Source: an uncultured Chloroflexia bacterium
GTDB lineage: Bacteria > Chloroflexota > Limnocylindria > Limnocylindrales > CSP1-4
Length of the DNA: 64,000 bases
Direction of reading: 5' to 3'
Assembly (NCBI GenBank): GCA_963752475.1
Contig: CAVVYR010000006.1
Location: 224,001-288,000, forward strand
Below the pieces are notes generated by a model, which made no database searches, had not been told where the DNA came from, and saw only the letters and a program-made list of their open reading frames with translations. This document shows positions 44,699-55,190 of the stretch, in pieces. A program made the translations under genes and the position numbers. Within the stretch, counting starts at the first letter, position 1. Each line of letters opens with the position of its first letter.

Positions 44699-45892
44699 GT
44701 GGTCGTCAAGTCAAGACTCCTGCTCGCCGTCGCATCCGCCCTGACGCTGGTGCTGACCGCGAGTGCTCCCATGTTCGGCGCGACCAGGGAGGCCAAGCCG
44801 GCCCCGTTGCGCTCGGGCAGCTTGGTGCGCCTGAAGGACATGGCCGCCAACGGCGTGTCGTCGAAGGGCCCCATCGTGGCCGTTGGCTACCAGGAGACCG
44901 GCAACCCCGGTCAGCTCTACCTCGCCTTCAGCTCCGACGGCGGCCAGGACTACCGTCGAAGCAACGGCAACCTGCGCCGCTACCCCATCGTGGGCATCCC
45001 CAAGTTCGGGATGTCCATCGATATCTGTGCCGGCCGCGTGTGGGCCGCCACCGCCTACCGCAGCTCCAGCGACAAGGCCAGCGACTCGGATGTGTTCCTC
45101 ACCAGCCGCACCGTCGGTGGCGGCGCCGCGCAGGCGCTCCTGACCAGCACCGCCGATGATCGCCGCGTGCGCGACGTGACCGTGGCCTGTGTCGGCGGTG
45201 ACCTCATCGCCATCGGCTGGCTGCAGAAGACGGGCAGGAAGCGCACGGCGCAGCTGCTGATCCGCAGCATCGAGCCGCTGGGGACCACGCCTTCGATCAA
45301 ACGGGTCTTCAACCTCGGCGCCGCCGAACTCGCGTCCGGGCTTGACGTCGCCGCCACGCCGAGTTCGGTGGCCGTCTCGTTCGTGCGCGATGGCGACCTG
45401 CGTATCAAGCGTTTCGAGGTCGGAGCGGACAACAGCATCTCCGGCTATCCGCTGAAGACGATCGCCTGGAACGACGTGCGATCCCCGCAGATGGCCGCAC
45501 GTGGCAAGCGCCTCGTGGTGGCCTACTCCGACGCGGGCAAGGTCCGGGCCAAGACCAGCCGCGACCTGGGTGAGACATTCAGCGGCCTGCGCACGCTGGC
45601 CAACACCGGTGGCGTCAAGAACCCGTCGGTGCCGTGGTCCATCGACGTCGTCGGTGACCGGCTCGTGGCCACGGTCGGTGCCTACAGCAAGGCCAAGGGC
45701 AAGGCCACCCCGGTGCGCATGACCTCGAGCAACTTCGGCGAGCGCTGGAGCAAGCGCAACTTCGGCAACGTCGGCGCTCGCATGGCCGCGTTCCTCAAGC
45801 GTCCCAACCAGCCTTCCAAGCTGCAGGAGGCCTGGCACAACAACGCGCCCAAGCGTTCCGCCGATACGCTCCGCGCACGCTACGAGCTCTAG
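44699..45892 (+). CDS. Secreted basic protein with Asp-box/BNR-like repeats
   Basis: Signal peptide; SSDGGQD, SRDLGETF, SSNFGERW. Confidence 0.75.
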   Translation: MVVKSRLLLAVASALTLVLTASAPMFGATREAKPAPLRSGSLVRLKDMAANGVSSKGPIVAVGYQETGNPGQLYLAFSSDGGQDYRRSNGNLRRYPIVGIPKFGMSIDICAGRVWAATAYRSSSDKASDSDVFLTSRTVGGGAAQALLTSTADDRRVRDVTVACVGGDLIAIGWLQKTGRKRTAQLLIRSIEPLGTTPSIKRVFNLGAAELASGLDVAATPSSVAVSFVRDGDLRIKRFEVGADNSISGYPLKTIAWNDVRSPQMAARGKRLVVAYSDAGKVRAKTSRDLGETFSGLRTLANTGGVKNPSVPWSIDVVGDRLVATVGAYSKAKGKATPVRMTSSNFGERWSKRNFGNVGARMAAFLKRPNQPSKLQEAWHNNAPKRSADTLRARYEL

Positions 45893-45933
45893 CGCGGCAA
45901 GCCGGCACGCGGTTTCATATCGAGGGAGAGGGA

Positions 45934-45963
45934 ACGAGCCCGGGTCACACGGCCCGGGCTCGT
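45934..45963 (+). terminator. Hairpin after secreted protein gene
   Basis: ACGAGCCCGGGTC-ACAC-GGCCCGGGCTCGT. Confidence 0.6.
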
Positions 45964-45965
45964 CC

Positions 45966-46229
45966 GATGTAGGCCCGGTAGGGGCAGTCAGCCGGAGGTG
46001 CAAGTCCTCCGGGGTGGCGGCGCGTGGTTGGCCGCCGTCGGCAGCTTGTGGACAGACGTCGTCTGGGTCGACATCAGTCACGCTCGTAGTCACCCGCACT
46101 CGCGGATGACCCCGGTTCGAACCGTCCGGTGGCCCACCCCTGGGCATGGTCCACCCAGAAAGGGCATACCGCGAATGGCTCCGGTGTCCCGGGCGGAGTC
46201 AGCGAGACGCCGACGTGGGCCTACCGTCG
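45966..46229 (+). ncRNA. Candidate structured RNA with group II intron-like 5' end
   Basis: Closing helix GTAGGCCC/GGGCCTAC, CCGGAGG-TGCAAGT-CCTCCGG stem and several further hairpins; no convincing ORF. Confidence 0.45.
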
Positions 46230-46372
46230 ACTCCGGCGACGCCTGGCTACAGGGATCGGCGGATTCGGCCGTTGACGTCGACTCCGGCGACGCCTGGCTA
46301 CAGGGATCGGCGGATCCGGCCGTTGACGTCGACTCCGGCGACGCCTGGCTACAGGGATCGGCGGAGTCGGTC
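46225..46372. repeat. 51-bp tandem repeat, about 3 copies, each a hairpin
   Basis: Identical 39-mer CGTCGACTCCGGCGACGCCTGGCTACAGGGATCGGCGGA at 46225, 46276 and 46327. Confidence 0.95.
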
Positions 46373-46458
46373 GAACAGCAGGTCTGCCGACCGCTTCGGC
46401 ACGGGCGACCACCGACCGCGCCGGGGTGCCCCCCGGCGCTCCCGCATGGCCAGCGCCT

Positions 46459-48162
46459 CTAGCGGCGAGGGTTGGTGACGGCACCCTCGCTGGCGGAGCT
46501 CACGAGCGCCGCGTACTTGGCCATGACGCCGGTCTCGTAGCGAGGTGCCGGCGCGCTCCAGCGAGCACGCCGCTCGGCCAGGGTGGCTTCGTCGACCTCC
46601 AGGTCCAGCGCGCGACGATCGACGTCGATGGTCACGGTGTCGCCCTCCTCCACGAGCGCGATGGGGCCGCCGATCGCGGCCTCGGGTGCCACGTGTCCGA
46701 TCATCAGGCCACGCGTGCCGCCGCTGAAGCGGCCGTCGGTAAGCAGAGCCACGTCGGCACCGAGGCCCTCGCCCACGATGGCGGCGGTGATGCCCAGCAT
46801 CTCCTGCATGCCGGGGCCGCCGACGGGGCCTTCGTAGCGCAGCACGACCACGTCGCCGGGGCGGATCTCCTGGTTGGTCACTGCCGCGTAGCACTCGCTC
46901 TCGGAGTCGAACACGCGAGCGGGGCCGCTGAAGCGGCGGGTCTCATGGCCGGCCAACTTGATGACGCAGCCGTCCGGCGCCAGCGTGCCCTTGAGGATGG
47001 CCAGGCCGCCGGTGGCCTTGATGGGATCGTCGATGGTGCGGAACACGTCCTGGCCGGGCGTCTCCTCGACCGCCGCCGCGATCTCCGCGAGCGACTGGCC
47101 GGTGACGGTCATCGAGGCCCCATGCATGAGGTCCTTCTTGAGCAACTCGCGGATGACGATGCCGACCCCGCCGGCGTCGTAGATGTCAGCGGCAGAGTAG
47201 CGACCGCCCGGGCGCAGGTCGCCGATGGTGGGCGTGCGCTCGGCGATCTCGTGGAAGTCGTCGACGCTGAAGTCGATCCCGAACTCGCGCGCGATGGCGA
47301 GCATGTGCAGGACCGCGTTGGTCGAGCCACCGGTAGCGGCCACGCCGGCCACGGCGTTGTCGATCGACTCGCGTGTCACGAGCGTGCTGGGCCGGACGTC
47401 GTTGCGCACGAGGTCCATGACCAGCTCACCGCAACGGCGCGCGGCCTGATCCTTGTTCTCGTCCTCCGCGGGCACGCCGTTGAGCCCGGCAGGGGAGAGC
47501 CCCATGAACTCGAGACACATGCTCATGGTGTTGGCCGTGAACTGGCCGCCGCAGGCGCCGGCGCCGGGGCAGGCAGCCTCCTCGATGGCATAGAGCTCCT
47601 CGAGCGTCAGCTTGCCCGCGGAGTAGGCGCCGACCGCTTCGTAGACGCTGACGATGTCTTGCGGCTCGCCCTTGTAGGTGCCTGGGTAGATGGTGCCGTT
47701 GTAGAGCACTACGGCCGGGATATCGAGGCGAGCCACGGCCATGGCCGCGCCGGGATTGGTCTTGTCACAGCCGGTGAGCACGACGAGCCCATCGAACAAG
47801 TGGCCGCGCGCGACCAGCTCGACCGAGTCGGCCACGACCTCGCGGCTGATGAGCGAGGCCTTCATGCCCTCGGTGCCCATGGCCACGCCGTCCGAGACGG
47901 CGATCGTGTTGAACTCCATGGGCGTGCCGCCCGCGGCCCGGATGCCCTCCTTCACGAACTCGGCCAGCCGACGCTGGTTGAGGTTGCAGGGCATCGTCTC
48001 GATCCACGTCGACGCCACGCCGATGATGGGCTTGGCCAGGTCATCGTCGGTGAAGCCCACGGCCTTGAGCATGGAGCGAGCACCGGCGCGATCGGGTCCG
48101 TCGGTCAGTTTGGCGGAATGGCGCTTGGCGGCGTCGCTCGGCCGGTCGTAGGGGGTGGGCAT
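46459..48162 (-). CDS. ilvD: Dihydroxy-acid dehydratase
   Basis: [35 protein letters not shown]. Confidence 0.96.
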   Translation of the reverse strand: MPTPYDRPSDAAKRHSAKLTDGPDRAGARSMLKAVGFTDDDLAKPIIGVASTWIETMPCNLNQRRLAEFVKEGIRAAGGTPMEFNTIAVSDGVAMGTEGMKASLISREVVADSVELVARGHLFDGLVVLTGCDKTNPGAAMAVARLDIPAVVLYNGTIYPGTYKGEPQDIVSVYEAVGAYSAGKLTLEELYAIEEAACPGAGACGGQFTANTMSMCLEFMGLSPAGLNGVPAEDENKDQAARRCGELVMDLVRNDVRPSTLVTRESIDNAVAGVAATGGSTNAVLHMLAIAREFGIDFSVDDFHEIAERTPTIGDLRPGGRYSAADIYDAGGVGIVIRELLKKDLMHGASMTVTGQSLAEIAAAVEETPGQDVFRTIDDPIKATGGLAILKGTLAPDGCVIKLAGHETRRFSGPARVFDSESECYAAVTNQEIRPGDVVVLRYEGPVGGPGMQEMLGITAAIVGEGLGADVALLTDGRFSGGTRGLMIGHVAPEAAIGGPIALVEEGDTVTIDVDRRALDLEVDEATLAERRARWSAPAPRYETGVMAKYAALVSSASEGAVTNPRR

Positions 48163-48265
48163 GGTGGGCTGGCTCTCCGTTCGCGTCTCGGGTCTGTGCC
48201 CCGAGTGTATCGGCTGTCCGTGGGGCCGCGAGCGAGTTCTCTCCGCTCCGTCTAGCATCGGGCTC

Positions 48266-49771
48266 GTGCAGTCAGCCCGCCTGCTTGCCCTGCCCCTCGC
48301 CGCAGCGCTCCTGGGTTCGGTCTTCGCGACCGCGGAAGCCACCGAGCCTCCCGTGCCCACGCCGGCGGAACCGCGACCCATCGGTCGCTCGGGGTCGGAG
48401 ACAGCTCCCCACCAGCCAGACATCGTCGTCTTCTACCTCGACGACTTCTCGCCGCGCCCGCGCTCGCTGTGGGATGACCCCGAGCGCACGCCCAACCTCG
48501 CGCGTTTCGTCAACCGCGGCACGCGTTTTGCCAACGCCATCGTCTCGACACCGCTCTGCGGGCCATCACGCGCGGGACTGCTCACCGGACGCTACGGTCA
48601 CAACACGGGTGTCATCGGCAACGATGTCGGCCCCTATCGAGCGGACAACGACGTGGCCGAGAAGCTGGGCAAGGCCGGCTACCACACGGTCTATGTCGGC
48701 AAACACATCAACCGCCTGAAGGACGACCGCCCGACGCGGACACAGATGGACCGTCTGGCGACGTGGTGGGACGAGTTCGATGTCATGTGGGAGGACCAGG
48801 GCAAGTTCTACGACTGGACGCAGTACCGCAAGGACGAGGACAGCGTCTACTACGGCACCGATCCCGGGTCGCACTCGTCGCGCGTTGCGGCCGAACGCGC
48901 CATCGAGCACATCGAGAACATCCCTGACGATGAGCCGCTCTTCCTCTTCATCTCGCTCGTCGACGGGCACATCCCGATGACCCCGATGCAGCGACACGAG
49001 GACGATCCGTCATGCGTGGACACCGCGCCGTGGCAAGGGCCGGCCTTCAACGAGGAGGACGTCTCCGACAAGCCGTCGCATATCCAGGCGACGCCGCAGC
49101 TGTCCGTCGACAGCTATGACCTGGTCTCGCGCTGCGAGCAGTCGCTGACAGCCGACTGGGTCGTGGGCAAGGTCGTGCGTGCGCTGCGCAAGGCCGGCCG
49201 CCTCGACGACACGCTGCAGATCGTCACCGCCGACAACGGCTGGCTTATGGGCGATCACCGTATCGTGGGCAAGTCCTACCCCTACGCCACACCGGTACCC
49301 ACGTACGTGCGCTGGCCGGGCGTGCTCGACGGCAAGCGGCGCACGGTCGAGGAACCGGTCACGAACCTCGACTGGCTGCCCACGTTCTGCGACCTTGCCG
49401 GCTGTGGCGTGCCCAATGCCGACGGGCAGTCCATCCTGCCGCTCATCACCGGAGAGGCAGGTCGCCTCGACCGCCAATTCCTCTTCGTGGAGCTGCTCTA
49501 CGACAACGCACGCTACCCCGACGACCCGCGGGCACGACCTGCCTATACCGGGGTGGAGACCACGTTGGGCTACTCCGACACGCGCTGGGCGTTCACGCGC
49601 TACAGCAACGGTGATGCGGAGCTCTACAACCTCAGCGAGGACCCGCACCGGCTGGAGAACCTCTACGGCCAGGATGGCTACCGCAAGATCACGCGGCAGC
49701 TGCAGCGCTTCCACAAGTCGGTCAAGCAGGCCGACGACGTTGAGTGGCAGGAGACTCCGGTCTTCGACTGA
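48266..49771 (+). CDS. Secreted sulfatase
   Basis: Signal peptide; [11 protein letters not shown] formylglycine motif; ADNG. Confidence 0.9.
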   Translation: MQSARLLALPLAAALLGSVFATAEATEPPVPTPAEPRPIGRSGSETAPHQPDIVVFYLDDFSPRPRSLWDDPERTPNLARFVNRGTRFANAIVSTPLCGPSRAGLLTGRYGHNTGVIGNDVGPYRADNDVAEKLGKAGYHTVYVGKHINRLKDDRPTRTQMDRLATWWDEFDVMWEDQGKFYDWTQYRKDEDSVYYGTDPGSHSSRVAAERAIEHIENIPDDEPLFLFISLVDGHIPMTPMQRHEDDPSCVDTAPWQGPAFNEEDVSDKPSHIQATPQLSVDSYDLVSRCEQSLTADWVVGKVVRALRKAGRLDDTLQIVTADNGWLMGDHRIVGKSYPYATPVPTYVRWPGVLDGKRRTVEEPVTNLDWLPTFCDLAGCGVPNADGQSILPLITGEAGRLDRQFLFVELLYDNARYPDDPRARPAYTGVETTLGYSDTRWAFTRYSNGDAELYNLSEDPHRLENLYGQDGYRKITRQLQRFHKSVKQADDVEWQETPVFD

Positions 49772-49864
49772 CCGCTGCCGGACATGAGGACGCACGCCCC
49801 GCGATCGGGACGGGCGATGGGTGGCGCGTGGGCGCTCGCGGGTCTGGGCGGCCTTCTCGCGGTT

Positions 49865-50485
49865 CTAGGCGGCCTTGGGGTTGGTGTCCACGCGCGCGGG
49901 GTTGGCTGCTTCCCAGGCGTCGATCTGGTCGCTGCGGTCGAGGACCCAGCCGATCTCATCCTTGCCCTCGAGCAGCATCTGGCGCGCGAAGGGGTCGACC
50001 TCGAAGGCGAGATCCTGGTCGCCCGGAAGGTGTACCACCTGGGCCTCGAGGTCGACGGTGACCTCCGCCTCCGGCTGGGCCGCGAACTGGTCGAAGAGCT
50101 GGCGGTGCGTGTCTCCGTCGACGACGATCGGCAGCAGGCCGTTCTTGAGCGCGTTGCTGCTGAAGATGTCGGCGAAGCTGGTCGAGAGGATGGCTCGGAT
50201 GCCCCACGAGGTGAGCGCCCAGGGGGCGTGCTCACGCGACGAGCCGGACCCGAAGTTGTCACCCGCGAGCAGGACCTGGCGGCCCTGCATCTGGGGCAGG
50301 TTGATGACGAAGTCGGCCTTGGGCTGTCCGTCGGCGTCGTATCTCCAGTCGTAGAAGAGCGCGTCGGCCAGACCGGACTTCTCGGTCGTCTTGAGGAAGC
50401 GCGCGGGGATGATCTGGTCGGTGTCGACGTTCTCGGCCGGCAGCGGGATGAGCGCGCTGCTGAAGGTGGTGAACGGTTCGGCCAT
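49865..50485 (-). CDS. leuD: Isopropylmalate isomerase small subunit
   Basis: NVDTDQIIP, NFGSGSSREHA. Confidence 0.96.
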   Translation of the reverse strand: MAEPFTTFSSALIPLPAENVDTDQIIPARFLKTTEKSGLADALFYDWRYDADGQPKADFVINLPQMQGRQVLLAGDNFGSGSSREHAPWALTSWGIRAILSTSFADIFSSNALKNGLLPIVVDGDTHRQLFDQFAAQPEAEVTVDLEAQVVHLPGDQDLAFEVDPFARQMLLEGKDEIGWVLDRSDQIDAWEAANPARVDTNPKAA

Positions 50486-50487
50486 CT

Positions 50488-51936
50488 CTACTTCTCTCCG
50501 GCAGCTGCGGGGTTGTCGGCGACGAGCGGTCGGGGGTCGGTGACGACGCCGGTGAGCGCGCTCGCGGCGGCCGTCAGCGGCGAGGCCAGGAAGGTGCGTG
50601 CGCCCTTGCCCTGGCGACCCTCGAAGTTGCGGTTGCTGGTGCTGATGATGTACTCGCCGGCCTCGCCCTGATCTCCGTTCATGGCGATGCACATCGAGCA
50701 GCCGGCTTCGCGCCAGTCGGCGCCGGCCGCGCGGAAGACGTCGGCGATGCCCTCGGCCTCCGCCTGGGCCTTCACCTGCTGGCTGCCGGGCACGACCATC
50801 ACGCGGATGCCGTCAGCGACCTTGTTGCCCTTGAGCAGGGCCGCGGCCTGGCGCAGATCGCTGATGCGACCGTTGGTGCAGGAGCCGATGAAGACGGTAT
50901 CGACCTTGTGGCCCTTGAGCTCGACCCCGGGCTCCAGGTCCATGTAGTCGAGGGCCTTGCCGAGGGTGCGCGCCTCGGCCTCGCTGGCAGCGGCCTGCGG
51001 CACCGGGATGGGCATGTCGATGCCGATGCCCAGGCCGGGGTTGGTGCCCCACGTGACCATGGGCTCGAGCTGGTCGGCGTCGATGGTGATGGACTTGTCG
51101 AAGGCAGCGCCCTCGTCGGTCTTGAGCGTCCGCCAGTGCTCGACGGCACGATCCCAGGCCTCTCCGGAGGGAGCGTGCGGGCGACCCTTGACGTACTCGA
51201 AGGTGGTCTCGTCGGGCGCGATGAGGCCGGCGCGGGCGCCGCCCTCGATGGACATGTTGCAGATGGTCATGCGCTGCTCCATCGTCAGCGCCTCGATGGC
51301 CTCGCCGCGGTACTCGAAGACGTGGCCTGTGCCGCCACCGGTCCCGATGCGGCTGATGAGGTTGAGGATGATGTCCTTCGACGTGACGCCCGGCTTGAGC
51401 GAGCCGGTGACGTTGACCTCATAGGTCTTCAGTGGGCGCTGCAGCAGCGTCTGCGTGGCCAGCACCATCTCCACCTCGCTGGTGCCGATGCCGAAGGCCA
51501 GGGCTCCGAACGCGCCGTGGGTGGCGGTGTGCGAGTCACCACAGACGATGGTCATACCCGGCTGCGTCAGGCCCAGCTCCGGGCCGATGACGTGGACGAT
51601 GCCCTGACGGTCCGAGCCCAGCGCGTATAGCGGGATGCCGAACTCCTCGCAGTTGGCCGCCAGCTTGGCCAGCTGGAACGAGGCCTGCTGGTCGAGGATC
51701 GGCAGCGAGCGGTCGTGGGTGGGTGTCGAGTGGTCCGCGGTGGCGATGGTTCGCTCTGGATGGCGCACGCGAAGGCCGCGGCGTCGAAGACCTTCGAAGG
51801 CCTGCGGGCTGGTGACCTCGTGGATGAGCTGGAGGTCGATCCCGAGGACCGTGGGAGCTCCCGGCTCCTGGTGGACGACGTGGTCGTCCCAGATCTTCTG
51901 GACGAGTGTGCGCGGAGCGCCTGCGGTACTAGACAT
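50488..51936 (-). CDS. leuC: Isopropylmalate isomerase large subunit
   Basis: [34 protein letters not shown]. Confidence 0.97.
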   Translation of the reverse strand: MSSTAGAPRTLVQKIWDDHVVHQEPGAPTVLGIDLQLIHEVTSPQAFEGLRRRGLRVRHPERTIATADHSTPTHDRSLPILDQQASFQLAKLAANCEEFGIPLYALGSDRQGIVHVIGPELGLTQPGMTIVCGDSHTATHGAFGALAFGIGTSEVEMVLATQTLLQRPLKTYEVNVTGSLKPGVTSKDIILNLISRIGTGGGTGHVFEYRGEAIEALTMEQRMTICNMSIEGGARAGLIAPDETTFEYVKGRPHAPSGEAWDRAVEHWRTLKTDEGAAFDKSITIDADQLEPMVTWGTNPGLGIGIDMPIPVPQAAASEAEARTLGKALDYMDLEPGVELKGHKVDTVFIGSCTNGRISDLRQAAALLKGNKVADGIRVMVVPGSQQVKAQAEAEGIADVFRAAGADWREAGCSMCIAMNGDQGEAGEYIISTSNRNFEGRQGKGARTFLASPLTAAASALTGVVTDPRPLVADNPAAAGEK

Positions 51937-52030
51937 GCGCCCGAGTGTAGCCGAGCGAGCAGAAGCGTCCGTGAACGAGTGTCGCTGAACGATGACACCG
52001 TCGGTCGATCGTTTCTGTGGACCCGCTGGC

Positions 52031-52141
52031 CCATGCTGGTCCTGTCACAGCGCGCCCCCGGGATCAGATCGCCCGAGGGGGCGGCACCAGCTGGTCCTGC
52101 CGCCGTGCGCCCTCCGGCATCAGATCGTCCGAGGGGCCGCT
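52031..52141. repeat. Two-copy degenerate ~55-bp tandem repeat with palindromic core
   Basis: GCTGGTCCTG...GCGCCC..CGG.ATCAGATCG.CCGAGGGG starts at 52035 and 52090. Confidence 0.75.
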
Positions 52142-52409
52142 CGAGCGGCTATCCCCGTGCGGCTGAACGCGACGACATCGACGGCGAGGTGCTCCATCTC
52201 AGCCTCCAGCAGGCTCGGTTCGTCAGCCGTAGTCCCCGCCGGGCTGAGATCGTGCACCTGGGGCCCCGGGCTGGTCGAGTCCAGCCAGCAGGGGATAGCC
52301 GAATCGGCAGGCAGCCAGCACTGACAGCATCACCTAGTGATCAGGGAGTACCCGTGAACGGACGGCGGCGGTGCGGGCGCTAGCAGGGGCAGCGTCGTGG
52401 AGGTCCGGT

Positions 52410-53417
52410 CTAGCGGTACAGGTCGGGCCGGGGCCCCACCGAGACGGCCTCGCGATGACCTGACTGGAGTGCTCGCACGAGCGCCTCCGCCACCACGGTC
52501 GCAGCGAAGCCGTCCCAGGCGCTGGCCGTGGGTCGACCGTCGCTCAGCGAGTCGACCCAGTTGCCGATCTCGGCGTCGTAGGCCCCGCGGAAGCGATCGA
52601 GCCAGTCGGGCGGGAAGCCCTGTTCGGGTGCGGAGTCGGCCGTCACGAGGTCGTGTCCACGGGGGCCCATGGCCACGTAGCCCTTGGTGCCCAGCACCTC
52701 GCAGCGCACGTCGTAGCCGTACCCGGCGTTGCTGAAGACCTCGATGTCGACGCGGGCGCCGCTGCGAGCCTCGAGCCGGACGAGGAGGGGATCGGCCAGC
52801 TGGTGCGTCACACTCGGTCGGTGGCGCGGCTTCTCGAGGGCCACGCTGACGATCTCCTCGGCCAACAGCCAGCGCGCGATGTCGATCTCGTGGATGACGG
52901 TATCGGTCAGCGTCTGGCGCGTCGTCAGCGTCTTCGGCACCGAGGGGTTGCGGTGGATGCAGTGGACGACCAGGGGCTTGCCCACCGTGCCTTCGTCGAC
53001 GGTGGCCTTGAGCCGGCCGTACTCGGGGTCGTAGCGGCGCATGAAGCCGACCGTGGTGAAGCGGCGATCGGCCTCCATCTCCGCCTGCAGCACGCGTTCG
53101 CAGCTGGGCACCGTGATGCCCAGCGGCTTCTCGGTCATGACGGGCTTGCCAGCGGCGATACAGCGGAGCACGAAGTCGACGTGCGTCTCGGTATTGGAGG
53201 CGATGATGACCGCGTCGACCTCAGGGTCTTCGATGAGGGCCTGGTCGTCGTCGGCGACGCGTGCGCCACAACGGTCCGCGACCGCGCGTGCGAGGGTGCG
53301 GTCGACGTCGTGGACGGCCACGAGGCGGGCCCTGTCGCCGAGTTTGCTGATGCGGGCGGCATGGTCCGCGCCCTGCTTACCGGTGCCGATGATGCCGATG
53401 CCGACCACTATCGTCAT
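52410..53417 (-). CDS. Gfo/Idh/MocA oxidoreductase (inositol dehydrogenase-like)
   Basis: IIGTG, EKP, GFMRRYD, IHEID, YGYDVRCEV. Confidence 0.9.
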   Translation of the reverse strand: MTIVVGIGIIGTGKQGADHAARISKLGDRARLVAVHDVDRTLARAVADRCGARVADDDQALIEDPEVDAVIIASNTETHVDFVLRCIAAGKPVMTEKPLGITVPSCERVLQAEMEADRRFTTVGFMRRYDPEYGRLKATVDEGTVGKPLVVHCIHRNPSVPKTLTTRQTLTDTVIHEIDIARWLLAEEIVSVALEKPRHRPSVTHQLADPLLVRLEARSGARVDIEVFSNAGYGYDVRCEVLGTKGYVAMGPRGHDLVTADSAPEQGFPPDWLDRFRGAYDAEIGNWVDSLSDGRPTASAWDGFAATVVAEALVRALQSGHREAVSVGPRPDLYR

Positions 53418-53577
53418 CCTCCTGGTTGAGTCTGGGTTGGGTGCCGGGCTGGCGGTGATAGAGCCATCGTGCCACGACCGGCACCCAGAGGTGCTGATGG
53501 TGGGTTCTTGACCGTTTCGCTATCGTGGCCGAACACCGCCTCGCTAGCGTGACCCCAGTCGTAGTCCGGAGAGGCCC

Positions 53578-54786
53578 GTGGTCCGATCCTTCCGATCATT
53601 CATCCTCGTCCTTCTATTGGCCTTGGTCCTGGTGCTGACCACCATCGGTAGCGCCGTGGCACGCGAGGCTATCGCGCTCGGCCTGTCCATCGACCCTGTC
53701 GACCACCGTGACCAGAACATGGTCCGGCTCGACCGGCTCATCGAGAATCGAGGGTTCAAGCCGGCCATCTGGACCACGTGGAGCAACTGGGGCTCTCGCG
53801 GCGAGAACGAGGAGTGCCTGCCCGACGTCGGCCGGTGCGCCTTCCCCAGCGAGACCGTGGCCGCGCTCTTCGAACGTGGGATCACGCCCTTCATCTGGTG
53901 GCAACCGGCAGCGCCCCCGGGCAAGGCGCGCGGCGACTTCGCTCGCTACGTGCACACGATCGAGGGGCGACATGACGACTACATCCGCGAGTGGGCCGCG
54001 GCCGCGGCCGCGCTGGACGGCGACATCCTCGTTCGCTACGCCCATGAGATGAACGGCAGGTGGTACCCATGGGGAATCACCCGCTTCGACAACTCGCCGG
54101 GGCGCTACGTCAGGGCGTGGCGACATATCTGGCGGATCTTCCAGGAGGAAGGCGCCACCAACGTCAAGTGGGTCTGGGCCCCGTCACGCGAGGGCTGCAA
54201 GGGCTGCGAGCCCAACTACGCCTACGAGTCCTTCTACCCCGGGAACCGATACGTCGACTACGTCGCGCTCAGCTCCTACAACCAGGCCAAGCGGCGATGG
54301 CGGACGATGGCTTCGCTGCTTGAGAAGCCCATGGCTCGCATGCGCCAGATGACGCGGTCCCCAGCCTTCCCCAATGGCAAGCCAGTGATCCTCGACGAGG
54401 TCGGAACGGTCCACATCGGCGGCAGCAAGGCCGCCTGGCTCAGGGATGGCTACAACGAGGTCTTCCGGCGCTGGCCCAGGGTCAAGGCCATCGTCTACTT
54501 CGACGTCAATATGACCAAGCGCAACAAGCGCCATCCCGACTGGCGGCTGAGGTACCCAGCCGACGGCTCGGCGATGGACGCCTACGCCAGTCTCGCAGCC
54601 ATGCCTCGCTTCAAGGGCAAGATCGGCAAGACCCCGAAGCAGTCGCCGCAGGAGCCACCACAGGAGCCACCGCAAGAGCTCCCCGAGGAGTCCCAGCCAG
54701 GGCTCTCGGAGGAGCCACCGCAAGAGCTCCCCGAGGAGTCCCGGTCAGGACTGATGGAGGTGATCCCAGAGGACGAGCCCTCGTGA
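53578..54786 (+). CDS. Secreted GH26 glycoside hydrolase with acidic Pro/Glu repeat tail
   Basis: RYAHEMNGRWYPW, YPGNRYVD, ILDEVG; EPPQELPEES twice at C-terminus. Confidence 0.85.
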   Translation: MVRSFRSFILVLLLALVLVLTTIGSAVAREAIALGLSIDPVDHRDQNMVRLDRLIENRGFKPAIWTTWSNWGSRGENEECLPDVGRCAFPSETVAALFERGITPFIWWQPAAPPGKARGDFARYVHTIEGRHDDYIREWAAAAAALDGDILVRYAHEMNGRWYPWGITRFDNSPGRYVRAWRHIWRIFQEEGATNVKWVWAPSREGCKGCEPNYAYESFYPGNRYVDYVALSSYNQAKRRWRTMASLLEKPMARMRQMTRSPAFPNGKPVILDEVGTVHIGGSKAAWLRDGYNEVFRRWPRVKAIVYFDVNMTKRNKRHPDWRLRYPADGSAMDAYASLAAMPRFKGKIGKTPKQSPQEPPQEPPQELPEESQPGLSEEPPQELPEESRSGLMEVIPEDEPS

Positions 54787-54867
54787 CGTGGGCGTACCGA
54801 CCGCTCCCGACCCCACCAGACCGACCCGGACCATCCTCGCGACCGCGAGCAGGACCAACGGGCCCGG

Positions 54868-54897
54868 TGGACACGTCACCGCGGAACCGTGTAGAGT
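54868..54897 (+). promoter_or_regulatory. Probable promoter of ilv leader
   Basis: TGGACA-18 nt-TAGAGT. Confidence 0.55.
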
Positions 54898-54935
54898 CCG
54901 CGACACGTCTCTACAGGAAGGAGCCTTCTCCACAG

Positions 54936-55121
54936 ATGGGCCAGACCGACCGGCAGCGCAACTACGCCGCTCTCGCGATCCGCGAAGACGGTACGCGTGT
55001 GCCCGTCAACCTGCCCCAGCCTGTAGAGGTATCCATTCTTGGCAAGCTTGAGGACGTAGTCCTTGAGCTTATCGGCCTTATTACCGGCTCCCGGTGGGAG
55101 CCTGGGGACAGGCGGAGATAG
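54936..55121 (+). CDS. 61-aa Ile/Leu/Val attenuator leader peptide
   Basis: SD AGGAAGGAG; 12 of 20 consecutive codons are I/L/V, with CTT x5, GTA x3, ATT x2. Confidence 0.82.
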   Translation: MGQTDRQRNYAALAIREDGTRVPVNLPQPVEVSILGKLEDVVLELIGLITGSRWEPGDRRR

Positions 55122-55156
55122 CGCCGCGCGGCGCGAAGGACGTCGAAATCACCCAG

Positions 55157-55190
55157 GACCCTCGCCGGGAACGGCGAGGGTCTTTGTTGT
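55157..55190 (+). terminator. Attenuator terminator before ilvB
   Basis: GACCCTCGCCG-GGAA-CGGCGAGGGTC-TTTGTTGT. Confidence 0.88.

Noticed and set aside
46225-46372. CRISPR array
   Set aside because: Linkers are only 12 nt and nearly identical; no cas genes; it is a tandem repeat.
45966-46460. Complete group II intron, RNase P, tmRNA or raiA RNA
   Set aside because: No domain V or RT ORF, no GAGGAAAGTCC RNase P core, no tRNA-like ends; only scattered resemblance to raiA.
45998-46478. ORFs crossing the 51-bp repeat
   Set aside because: Open only because the unit is a multiple of 3; atypical composition and no good start context.
51990-52400. Gene or leu attenuator between leuC and the oxidoreductase
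   Set aside because: ORFs lack recognisable motifs; no Leu-rich leader or terminator; leuC appears leaderless.
54640-54745. Direct repeats at the end of GH26 as a mobile or regulatory element
   Set aside because: In-frame low-complexity Pro/Glu/Gln tail.
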